A stretch of 25,632 bases of DNA from positions 1-25,632 of the forward strand of contig CAZLVM010000001.1 of the NCBI GenBank assembly GCA_964562875.1. The letters run 5' to 3'. This document shows, piece after piece, positions 7,510 to 15,963 of the stretch. The notes beneath the pieces were generated by a model, which saw only the letters and a program-made list of their open reading frames with translations, ran no database searches and had not been told where the DNA came from. The number at the start of each line of letters is the position of its first letter. The first letter of the stretch is position 1. The position numbers were made by a program, and so were the translations under genes. Source of the DNA: an uncultured Methanosarcinales archaeon. Its GTDB lineage: Archaea; Nanobdellota; Nanobdellia; Woesearchaeales; JAGWAF01.

Positions 7510-8751
7510 CTACCACTTTCTTTTTGACCTTGTTATTTCCTTTGCAATAGACACAAGCCAGTTTGCAGTGGTAAAATAGGGTATGAAAATAAAATATATT
7601 ACTATTCCTGCCATATTTTTGAAAAAATTTTCTTTGAACATTCTATGGGCAATTAACATTAAAATTATTCCAAGCAAAGCGCTTACAGCCAATGGGAACA
7701 TTATTCTTAAGTTCTGCCCAAGGATTATTGCCTTCATTGTTGGAAATTCAAACAGTCTTGATATGAAATAGCCCTTTATTGTGATTGTTCTCACTATTGT
7801 TTCAAAAAAGTCCGTGCTAACCATATATGTTATTATGCTGATGTTGATGACAAGCAGGAGAACTACAAGCACGTTTATTGGCATTTGAAAAAACCCAAAG
7901 AAGCCGTGCTTTTTTGAGAAAAACATGCTCCTGTATTTCCAGTGGTTGTAAATAAATCCCCTTGCCCACCTTGTTCTTTGATTCCAAAGCGGAGAAAACT
8001 TTGGCGGGACATTGGTATGGGTTACGCTTCTTGCCTCCATGTCAACTTTGTAGTTGTTGTATTTCAGCCTCATTGCAATTTCAAGGTCTTCTGTAAGATT
8101 GTTTCTGTCTTTTGTAAATCCTCCAACATCCTTTAATATTGAAGTCCTGTAGACAGAAAGTACTCCAGGTGTTATTGACAGGGTGCCTATCTTTGCCATT
8201 ATATGCCTTAGCATCCCGCTCATTATGTATTCAAATTTTTGTATTTTTTCATAGATGTTCCGAGGGTTTTCCACTCTTGTCCTGCTTATGACCCCTCCCA
8301 TGTTTTTATCATCAAAGTGCCTTGCAATAAGCCTTATGCCATCCTTGTCAATTCTGCTGTCGGCATCCACAACTGCAAACAGTCCTCCTCTTGCAATTTT
8401 CAATGCTCTGTTTATGGCGGATGATTTGCCGCCATTCTTTTTGTTTATGAGCTTTATGTCAAATCCTTTGTACTCTTTTATCAGCTGCCTGATGACATTT
8501 GCTGTCTTGTCAGTGCTTCCATCATTGACAACTATTGTCTCAATCTTTTTTGTTGGATAGTTTGATTCAATAATGGATTTTATGGTTTTTGCAACAGTTT
8601 TTGCCTCGTTATAGGCAGGAACGCACACAGTAACAGTTGGAAAACTCTCTTTTTTCTTTTTCTGATCATATTCCTGGTAAAGAAACTGCAGCCATACAAT
8701 TATAAGCCACAGGCTAAAGAAGCATACTACCCAGATTATGTGCTGTATCAT
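7510..8751 (-). CDS. Processive GT2 glycosyltransferase (cellulose/PNAG/hyaluronan synthase-like)
   Basis: VPAYNE, VVNDGSTD, GGKSSA, VDADS (DxD), LTED and QRTRW (QxxRW). One N-terminal and several C-terminal TM helices. Confidence 0.92.
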   Translation of the reverse strand: MIQHIIWVVCFFSLWLIIVWLQFLYQEYDQKKKKESFPTVTVCVPAYNEAKTVAKTIKSIIESNYPTKKIETIVVNDGSTDKTANVIRQLIKEYKGFDIKLINKKNGGKSSAINRALKIARGGLFAVVDADSRIDKDGIRLIARHFDDKNMGGVISRTRVENPRNIYEKIQKFEYIMSGMLRHIMAKIGTLSITPGVLSVYRTSILKDVGGFTKDRNNLTEDLEIAMRLKYNNYKVDMEARSVTHTNVPPKFSPLWNQRTRWARGFIYNHWKYRSMFFSKKHGFFGFFQMPINVLVVLLLVINISIITYMVSTDFFETIVRTITIKGYFISRLFEFPTMKAIILGQNLRIMFPLAVSALLGIILMLIAHRMFKENFFKNMAGIVIYFIFIPYFTTANWLVSIAKEITRSKRKW

Positions 8752-8817
8752 TGAACTATAATTATACTAGGATTCTTTTAAATCTTTTCATATATTTTAA
8801 TATACTAGTACTTTCTA

Positions 8818-9480
8818 ATGATTGTAATGAAAGAAAATACTCGGCTTTTTAGGGATATTACAGTATTTTCAGTTTTTGTTTTTATTGTTTTGATATTTTT
8901 GGGAAACATTTTAGGGAAGGCAGGATTTTCTCTTGACAGCATTTTGTTCATTATAATAACAATTTCTCTATATTTTAGCAGGAAGACATTTTCCCTTAGC
9001 CCTGCTGTTTTTATTATGCTTGAAATATCAATGATTCTTCATAATACTGGAGTTTTTGGCTTTTATTATGCATCCCCTCTTCCAATAAGGTGGGACATAA
9101 TTACTCATTTTACTGCCATAATGTCGTCATCAATGGCATTTTTCTGTTTTTTGGAAGGCTATTTGGGAAAAAAGATTTTATCAGGCAAATCCCTTGCAAT
9201 AATTTTTGTAGCTTTTCTTTCAGCGCTTGGAATAGGGAGCCTGATAGAAACTGCGGAATTCACTGGATTTTCTTTTTTGGGTTTTGGAGAAGGGGGTTTT
9301 ATGTTTGGGGACGGCGACCTTACTGTTGTTAACACTGACCTTCCAATTGAAGAGCAGGTTGAGGCGTATGGGGGCGGTTGGTTTAATACAATGCATGATC
9401 TCATTTCCAACAGCGTAGGGGCATTTCTTGGAGTGTCAATCATGTCATTTCTGCATTTCAGGAAAAAGCGCAGGAAATAA
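8818..9480 (+). CDS. Multi-pass membrane protein (DUF2238/VanZ-like)
   Basis: Hydrophobic helices with WDIITHF, IETAEF and MHDLISN conserved-looking H/E/D residues. Confidence 0.65.
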   Translation: MIVMKENTRLFRDITVFSVFVFIVLIFLGNILGKAGFSLDSILFIIITISLYFSRKTFSLSPAVFIMLEISMILHNTGVFGFYYASPLPIRWDIITHFTAIMSSSMAFFCFLEGYLGKKILSGKSLAIIFVAFLSALGIGSLIETAEFTGFSFLGFGEGGFMFGDGDLTVVNTDLPIEEQVEAYGGGWFNTMHDLISNSVGAFLGVSIMSFLHFRKKRRK

Positions 9481-9486
9481 GAAATA

Positions 9487-9894
9487 TTAGCAGTATTTTT
9501 TCATGGCATCCACTAGCTTGCGAGCCATTGTGCGCTCATAGCATCCAGGGGGTATTGCGCTTGCAGCTGCTGCAAAAGGGACTATCGCCCTTGAAATAAG
9601 TTTGTTTGCTTCGGCAAATGCAGTTTTATCATCCAAATTATCTGTTTCTTCAAGAATATCCTGCATTGCCCTGGTTACCATTAAAGCATATATTTCATCT
9701 CCGTTCTGAAGTTCTGCGCTGTAACACCCTGTAATGACCATCCAAGGTTTCATTTGTCTTAGTACTCTTTGCATTGACTCTGCAGCGTCAATTGCAAGCG
9801 CTCCTGGCTTGCCTGGTTTTTTCAGAAGTTCTTCAATATTAAATATAAGGCCTTCACATGCAATTTTTTCAATTGTAGGTCTTGGTGGAATCAT
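9487..9894 (-). CDS. Hypothetical helical protein, 135 aa
   Basis: Intact ORF filling the gap between convergent neighbours; no recognisable motif. Confidence 0.65.
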   Translation of the reverse strand: MIPPRPTIEKIACEGLIFNIEELLKKPGKPGALAIDAAESMQRVLRQMKPWMVITGCYSAELQNGDEIYALMVTRAMQDILEETDNLDDKTAFAEANKLISRAIVPFAAAASAIPPGCYERTMARKLVDAMKKYC

Positions 9895-9929
9895 AATAAA
9901 AGAAAGAAAAAAGAAGAAAAATAAAAAGC
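9895..9929 (-). terminator. Oligo-U-rich tract after ppdK, probable archaeal terminator
   Basis: On - strand GCTTTTTATTTTTCTTCTTTTTTCTTTCTTTTATT directly follows the ppdK stop. Confidence 0.5.
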
Positions 9930-12554
9930 TTACTCTTTTAGAGCTGCATGGGCTGCTGCCAGCTTTGCAATTGGAACCCTGTAAGGCGAGCAGCTGACAT
10001 ATGTCAGTCCAACCTTGTGGCAGAATTCAACAGAGCTTGGCTCTCCGCCGTGCTCTCCGCAGATTCCAAGCTTGAGGTTTTTCTTGACGCTCCTTCCCTT
10101 TTCTGCAGCCATTTTCACAAGCTGGCCGACTCCTGTCTGGTCCAATACTTGGAATGGGTCTTTTTCAATCACATTCTTTTCTATGTATTCAGGAACAAAC
10201 TTCCCAACATCATCCCTTGAGAATCCTAGGGTCATTTGGGTTAGGTCGTTTGTGCCGAATGAAAAGAAATCTGCTTCTACTGCAATTTCGTCGGCTGTTA
10301 GAGCTCCCCTTGGAACTTCTATCATTGTCCCGACTGTGTATTTAACAGTTGAGCCGGATGCCTTTATTGTTTCTTCAGCAACCTTAACAACAATTTCTTT
10401 TTGGTTTTTGAACTCGTTGACATTTCCTACAAGAGGAATCATCACTTCAGGCATTGGATTTTTGCCGTCCTTTGCAAGCTCGCATGCTGCCTCAAAGATT
10501 GCCTTTGTTTGCATCTCTGTTATTTCAGGGTATGTTATTCCAAGCCTGCATCCCCTGTGCCCAAGCATAGGGTTTAGCTCATGCAATGATTTCATTTTTT
10601 CGTTGAGCTTTTCAACAGGCACATTCATTTCCTGTGCAATTGCAATAACGTCCTTTTCCTCGTGCGGCAGGAACTCATGCAGTGGAGGGTCAAGCAGCCT
10701 TATTGTTACTGGCATGCCATCCATTTCTTCCAGCAGTCCCTTGAAGTCAGCCTTCTGGAAAGGCAGAAGCTTTGCAAGCGCTTTTTTCCTTCCTTCAACA
10801 TCTTCAGAGAGTATCATTTCCCTGACTGCTTTGATTCTGTCGCCTTCAAAGAACATATGTTCTGTTCTGCATAGTCCGATTCCTTCTGCGCCAAATCTTT
10901 TTGCAACTTTTGCATCCCTTGGAATGTCTGCATTGGCCCTAACACCCATCTTTCTGAATTCATCAGCCCATTCCATGAGCTTGCCGAAATCTCCGCTAAG
11001 TTCTGGGTCTGTTGTTGGAACCGCGCCTTTCATTACCTCTCCTGTTGCTCCGTCAAGGGTTATGATGTCTCCTTCTTTGAATGTAACTCCGCCCACTGTG
11101 AACTGGCCTGCTTTGTCGTCAACAGAGATGTCTCCGCATCCTGCAACGCAGCACTTGCCCATTCCTCTTGCAACAACTGCAGCGTGGGATGTCATTCCTC
11201 CTCTTGCTGTAAGTATTCCCTGCGCAGCGTTCATTCCCTCAATGTCTTCAGGGGATGTTTCTGTTCTTACGAGGATAACCTTTCTTCCTTCCTGCGCAAG
11301 CGCATGGGCTTTTTCTGCTGTGCAGACAATCTCGCCTACTGCGGCTCCAGGTGATGCTGGAAGTCCTTTTGCTAGGACTTCTGCCTTTGTCTTTGCAATA
11401 GGGTCAAGCTGCTTGTGCAAAAGCTGGTCAAGCTGTTCTGGCTCAACTCTAAGCACAGCTGTTTTCTTGTCAATTACGCCTTCCTTTTCGCACATCTCAA
11501 CTGCAATCCTTACTGCAGCTGCAGCAGTTCTCTTTCCATTCCTTGTCTGCAGCATGTAAAGCTTGCCTTCCTGTATTGTGAATTCCATATCCTGCATGTC
11601 TTTGTAGTGCTTTTCGAGCTTGTCCTTTATCTCGCAAAGCTCTTTGTAGGAATCTGCGTTGATTTTTTTTAGTTCGTCTAAGGGTTTTGGTGTTCTTACT
11701 CCGGCAACAACATCTTCTCCCTGCGCATTCATCAGGAATTCTCCGTAGAATACATTTTTTCCTGTTGAAGGGTCTCTTGAGAAGCATACTCCTGTTCCTG
11801 ATGTCTCTCCCATGTTTCCAAAGACCATGGTTTGGACATTGACTGCTGTCCCAATTAATCCCTTGATATCATTTAGTCTTCTGTATGTTATAGCTCTTGC
11901 GTTGTTCCATGAGCCAAATACAGCGTTAACTGACTGCGTTAGCTGCTCTTTTGGATCTTGGGGGAAGTCTTCTCCCTTTTCTTTCTTTATGACTTCTTTG
12001 TATCCGCTTACAACGTCTTTTAGGTCATCAGTGTCAAGGTCTGTGTCAAACTCAACTCCTTTTGTTTCTTTTTTCTTTTCAAGAACTTCTTCGAACTTGT
12101 GGCCTTTAACGTCCATGACCACATTTCCAAACATTTGTATGAATCTTCTGTATGCGTCCCACGCAAACCTGTCGTTGCCTGTCTTTTTTGCAAGCCCGAT
12201 AACTGCCTTGTCGTTAAGACCCAGATTTAGAACAGTGTCCATCATTCCTGGCATGGATACAGCAGCGCCGCTTCTCACTGAAAAAAGCAGTGGGTCTTCT
12301 TCATCTCCAAATTTCTTGCCCATCTTTTCCTCAATAACCTTTAGGTGTTCGTCTATCTGCACCATCATGCCTGAAGGGTACTGCTTGTCGTTTTTGTAGA
12401 ACTCGTCGCACACTTCTGTTGTTATTGTAAAGCCTGGCGGAACTGGAAGTCCTATAGAGACCATGTCTGCCATGTTTGAGCCTTTTCCGCCCAAGATATC
12501 TTTTCCAACGCCTTTTCCTTCATCAAATGAATAAACATATTTTTTTTTGCTCAT
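9930..12554 (-). CDS. ppdK: Pyruvate, phosphate dikinase
   Basis: LGGKG, SVRSGA..SMPGMMDT, GEDVVAG, QTRNGKRT, GGMTSHAAVVARG (phospho-His), GIGLCRTEHMF, SFGTNDLTQ, GICGEHGG. 874 aa. Confidence 0.98.
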   Translation of the reverse strand: MSKKKYVYSFDEGKGVGKDILGGKGSNMADMVSIGLPVPPGFTITTEVCDEFYKNDKQYPSGMMVQIDEHLKVIEEKMGKKFGDEEDPLLFSVRSGAAVSMPGMMDTVLNLGLNDKAVIGLAKKTGNDRFAWDAYRRFIQMFGNVVMDVKGHKFEEVLEKKKETKGVEFDTDLDTDDLKDVVSGYKEVIKKEKGEDFPQDPKEQLTQSVNAVFGSWNNARAITYRRLNDIKGLIGTAVNVQTMVFGNMGETSGTGVCFSRDPSTGKNVFYGEFLMNAQGEDVVAGVRTPKPLDELKKINADSYKELCEIKDKLEKHYKDMQDMEFTIQEGKLYMLQTRNGKRTAAAAVRIAVEMCEKEGVIDKKTAVLRVEPEQLDQLLHKQLDPIAKTKAEVLAKGLPASPGAAVGEIVCTAEKAHALAQEGRKVILVRTETSPEDIEGMNAAQGILTARGGMTSHAAVVARGMGKCCVAGCGDISVDDKAGQFTVGGVTFKEGDIITLDGATGEVMKGAVPTTDPELSGDFGKLMEWADEFRKMGVRANADIPRDAKVAKRFGAEGIGLCRTEHMFFEGDRIKAVREMILSEDVEGRKKALAKLLPFQKADFKGLLEEMDGMPVTIRLLDPPLHEFLPHEEKDVIAIAQEMNVPVEKLNEKMKSLHELNPMLGHRGCRLGITYPEITEMQTKAIFEAACELAKDGKNPMPEVMIPLVGNVNEFKNQKEIVVKVAEETIKASGSTVKYTVGTMIEVPRGALTADEIAVEADFFSFGTNDLTQMTLGFSRDDVGKFVPEYIEKNVIEKDPFQVLDQTGVGQLVKMAAEKGRSVKKNLKLGICGEHGGEPSSVEFCHKVGLTYVSCSPYRVPIAKLAAAHAALKE

Positions 12555-12664
12555 TATATCTTCACCCCAAAAGTCGATTTATTTTATATTGCTATAAGTT
12601 TGAGAATTAGCAGGGAATTTATAAACTTTTTGGGGGATTAGCGCGATTAAGCAATTTTTACAGT

Positions 12665-14080
12665 TTATTTTGCAAGTTTTTTTAGAATTTCCATTACTTT
12701 CTTGCCGTCTGCCTTGCCTTTTAGCCTGCCCATGGCCATTCCCATCAATGCGTTTAGGGGGCTTCCCTTGTTTTTATCAACAATTTCTTTGATTGCTGCC
12801 TCAATATCTTTGTCAGGCATCATTCCGTATTTCTTTATGACATCCTTTGCAGGTTTTCCTTCTTTTAAAATATCAAGCACAGAGCTTTTTGATACTTCTC
12901 CTTTGTCCAATGCTTCAAAGACAGCTGCAAAATCATCATCTAAAGGGTCAACCTCAATTCCGTGCTGGGATTTTATGTTTTTCTTTGCTCCAATAACTGT
13001 TTCCGCTATGAATGCAGCCTTGACATTCTTGTGCTTCTCTATCATTCCTGTGATAAACTCATTTTTCCCTTCTCTCACTGATTTTGTTGCAATGTCCTTT
13101 CCTATTCCCAGCTTTTCCATTGCTTTTATTCTGTCTTCAATCAGCTCAACCTTTTCAATATTTTTCATAACAGGTTTTGCAGGCACAACATCTGTTTCAG
13201 GATACATCCTTGCAGCTCCAGGCATAGGCCTTAGAAAGCTTGTTGTCCCATCTGCATTTGCTTTTCTCACATGGGCTTCTGCCTTTTTCCCTGCTTTAAT
13301 TTCTTTTTGCTGTCTTTTGATTTCATAATCAATAATTTTTGGCATGGACCTTAGTTCCTGGAATCCCTTAATTTCAACTCTGGGGTATCCTTTTACATTT
13401 ACATTGACATCCTGCCTTATTGTTCCTATTCCTCTCTTTACTTTTCCTGTGCTCCTCAGAATCATTCCAAGCTTTTCTGCTGTCTCTTTAGCATGCTCTG
13501 GATCTTTTATGTCAATGTCTGTGCCAAGTTCAATCAACGGCACGCCAAGCCTGTCAAGCCGGAATACCACAGAATTGTCATCATCCTTTATTCTCTTTGC
13601 AGCCTCTTCTTCAAGGCATATCGTTGGAATCCTTACTCTTCCTTTGGAAGTGTCAACATAGCCGTCTCTCGCAACTAGAGCAGTTCGCTGAAATCCTGAC
13701 GTGTTGCTTCCATCAATCACTGTCTTTCTCATTACTTGGATTTCATCAACAACTTTTGCATTCAAAAGATGAGAAATTTGCAGGACAATCTGAAGGGCAT
13801 CCGCATTAATATTTCCTGGAGGCTCTTCATCAAGCTCAACAAGGCAGCTGCTTGTAGAACAGGCTTCGTAAATAAACTGCTTGTCTTTTTTCATCTCATG
13901 AAGCGCAGCAGCATCTATCTCGCCTGTTTCCCCTACTACTGGCCTCAGTTTTCTTACTATTTTGATGTCAGGGTTTTTGTCATGAACAATAGATGGGCAG
14001 TTGCAGAAAAGCTTTCTTGTCTCCAGCTGCTGGTGTATTTCAATCCCGCAAAGGAAACCCATCTTTGAATAGTCTTCCAT
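12665..14080 (-). CDS. gatE: Glu-tRNA(Gln) amidotransferase subunit E, short form
   Basis: GIEIHQQL..KLFC, RKTVIDGSNTSGFQRT, RLDRLGVPLIE, GTIRQDVNV, LRPMPGAARMYPETD. Confidence 0.96.
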   Translation of the reverse strand: MEDYSKMGFLCGIEIHQQLETRKLFCNCPSIVHDKNPDIKIVRKLRPVVGETGEIDAAALHEMKKDKQFIYEACSTSSCLVELDEEPPGNINADALQIVLQISHLLNAKVVDEIQVMRKTVIDGSNTSGFQRTALVARDGYVDTSKGRVRIPTICLEEEAAKRIKDDDNSVVFRLDRLGVPLIELGTDIDIKDPEHAKETAEKLGMILRSTGKVKRGIGTIRQDVNVNVKGYPRVEIKGFQELRSMPKIIDYEIKRQQKEIKAGKKAEAHVRKANADGTTSFLRPMPGAARMYPETDVVPAKPVMKNIEKVELIEDRIKAMEKLGIGKDIATKSVREGKNEFITGMIEKHKNVKAAFIAETVIGAKKNIKSQHGIEVDPLDDDFAAVFEALDKGEVSKSSVLDILKEGKPAKDVIKKYGMMPDKDIEAAIKEIVDKNKGSPLNALMGMAMGRLKGKADGKKVMEILKKLAK

Positions 14081-14127
14081 ATCACTTACTATCCTTCTAT
14101 CAGTTTATATATTTTTTGTAAAGAAAT

Positions 14128-14229
14128 CTACATGGCTGTGAACAGCTCGTCATCGTCATCATCTTCTGAAATAACCATCATTCTTTTTTTCTTGTATATG
14201 TCAGTATACAATTTGGAATTTATCACCAT
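14128..14229 (-). CDS. Candidate 33-aa microprotein MVINSKLYTDIYKKKRMMVISEDDDDDELFTAM
   Basis: My translation, below the ORF-track length cut-off. TTTATATTA at 14259-14251 lies 22 nt upstream, matching the promoter spacing of other genes in the window. Confidence 0.45.
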   Translation of the reverse strand: MVINSKLYTDIYKKKRMMVISEDDDDDELFTAM

Positions 14230-14275
14230 ATCCCAATAATAAATAAGGTCTAATATAAAGATTAGGTATGGAAAT

Positions 14276-14518
14276 TTACCCCCGTTTCCAGACAACAGCT
14301 CCTTTTTTCTTTACAATTCTTATTCTGTGCAGGGGAATCATTGCTTCTTCTTCACCCCGGTCAACAGCCATGAAACCTTCATCAATTCTTTTTATTTCTT
14401 CAAATTTAATCTCAATTATTTTTTTTAGAATTCTATCTTCATATCCTATTACATAATCAGAAGGATTTTCATTTTCATCCCATTTAATTTTGTTAATTAA
14501 CTCATGTATCGGTTGCAT
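14276..14518 (-). CDS. DUF504 / MJ1316-family protein (predicted RNA-end recognition)
   Basis: ELINKIKWD...YVIGYEDR...IPLHRIRIVKKKGAVVWKR matches the DUF504 (UPF0248) pattern. Confidence 0.85.
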   Translation of the reverse strand: MQPIHELINKIKWDENENPSDYVIGYEDRILKKIIEIKFEEIKRIDEGFMAVDRGEEEAMIPLHRIRIVKKKGAVVWKRG

Positions 14519-14520
14519 TT

Positions 14521-15798
14521 TTAGTAAAGAAATGATTTTGCATCGCTTCTTTCAGAAATCTCGCCTGCAACATTCTCTGCCATCATCTTTTTCACTTCAT
14601 TATTCTTTGTTGTATGGCCTAAAACCCAGCCAAGCTTTACATATGCTGTTTCAGGAAGCATGTCTTCTGCAAATATGCATCCAAGCTCAATTGAAAGCTT
14701 TCTTAGATTAGTGTAAACATATGGGTGAACCCTTCCGTAAATTGTTTGTGATGCAACAACTACACTTGTTCCTTTGTCAATTGCCTTTTTTATGTTGTCC
14801 AGTATATTTGTAGGCACATGCCCAAGGGCTGTTGCAGAGAGCACAATTCCTTTGTACCCTTTTTTCACGTAAAAGTCAATCACTTCACCGTCCATTCCGG
14901 GATAGATAATAACCATAGCTGTTTTTGCCTCGAACTTGTCATCAACCTTTGGCTTTCCTTCGCCTTTTTTTCTGTAATTTTTGTTGACAGCTTCAATTTT
15001 CCCTTCAGGATAGACTTTTGCAAGCGGCATTTCGTTTATTGGCCTGAATGCATCTCGTCTTGAGGTATGCATTTTTCTTGCCTTTGTTCCTCTGTTCAAT
15101 AAACAGTAATCGTCAGATGATGTTCCGTGCATGCAGGTCATTACTTCTGCAATGTCTGATTTTGCAGCTGCTGTTACTGCGCATATCAGGTTCATGAAAG
15201 CGTCTGAGCTTCCTCTGTCTATGCTTCTTTGAGCTGCTGTGATAATAACTGGCTTGTTTAAATCCCGAAGAAAGAATGAAAGGGCTGCAGCTGCAATGTG
15301 CAGTGTGTCTGTTCCCATTGTAAGCACAACTCCGTCAGAATCTTCCAGTTCTTTGACAACTTCTTTTGCCATTAAGCTCCATTCTTTGTTGGAAAAGTCT
15401 TCGCTCATGGTAGCTATTATTTTCCTTGCCTTGAGATTGGAAACCTTTGCAATTTCCGGCATCATCTGCACAAAATCTTCTGCAGTGTAATCAGCATGAA
15501 CTCCTCCTGTCTTGTAGTCTATCTTGGATGATATTGTTCCTCCTGTAGACAAAACAGAAACAGTTGGCAGTTTTTTGTCAAATGGGATCTTGGTCTTTTT
15601 CTCCTTTTTGGGCTTATACTCCTCAATAACTTTAATTTCTTTTATCTTTTTGTTTTCAACGCCAATGTTATATCCGTTGTCAAGCTTTACAACAGTAATA
15701 TTCTTGTCAAGAATCTCCGGCCTTGGCATAAGGATTCCTTCAAACTCTTCATCTTTTGTTGTTACCTTTACTCGGTCACCTGCTTTTGCGTCTGCCAT
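14521..15798 (-). CDS. gatD: Glu-tRNA(Gln) amidotransferase subunit D
   Basis: N-terminal VKLDNGYNIG, STGGTISSKIDY, GTDT, AAQRSIDRGSSD, RKMHTSRRDAF, DMLPETAYVKL. Confidence 0.97.
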   Translation of the reverse strand: MADAKAGDRVKVTTKDEEFEGILMPRPEILDKNITVVKLDNGYNIGVENKKIKEIKVIEEYKPKKEKKTKIPFDKKLPTVSVLSTGGTISSKIDYKTGGVHADYTAEDFVQMMPEIAKVSNLKARKIIATMSEDFSNKEWSLMAKEVVKELEDSDGVVLTMGTDTLHIAAAALSFFLRDLNKPVIITAAQRSIDRGSSDAFMNLICAVTAAAKSDIAEVMTCMHGTSSDDYCLLNRGTKARKMHTSRRDAFRPINEMPLAKVYPEGKIEAVNKNYRKKGEGKPKVDDKFEAKTAMVIIYPGMDGEVIDFYVKKGYKGIVLSATALGHVPTNILDNIKKAIDKGTSVVVASQTIYGRVHPYVYTNLRKLSIELGCIFAEDMLPETAYVKLGWVLGHTTKNNEVKKMMAENVAGEISERSDAKSFLY

Positions 15799-15852
15799 GG
15801 TTAAGAACTCAGGCCTTTTGGTATATAAATTTTGTTAAAGTTGGAGAAATCA

Positions 15853-15952
15853 TGCTGTTTGCACCAAGTAAATTACTAGTTTGGCTTATCTTTCTTTGTG
15901 TGATTCATTTTAGGGAGCAAAATCATAATAATCACGGAGCGTGCAAACAGCA
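15853..15952. repeat. Dispersed stem-closed element, copy D (divergent)
   Basis: Perfect 12-bp inverted repeat TGCTGTTTGCAC / GTGCAAACAGCA around a 76-nt interior with CAAGTAAATTAC, GTGTGATTCATTTT and CACGGAGC, matching the interiors of copies A-C. Confidence 0.8.
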
Positions 15953-15963
15953 CAGTTAAGAAA

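Noticed and set aside
10015-11559. 514-aa + strand ORF
   Set aside because: Antisense shadow of ppdK; Ser/Pro/Phe-rich with no motifs, as expected from the sense-strand codon bias.
9930-12554. PPDK and zinc-LID adenylate kinase as novel horizontal acquisitions
   Set aside because: Both are ordinary members of families already known in archaea; nothing in the sequence here marks them as unusual.
15756-15959. 67-aa + strand ORF across element D
   Set aside because: It overlaps the gatD start and the repeat element and has no motif or RBS.
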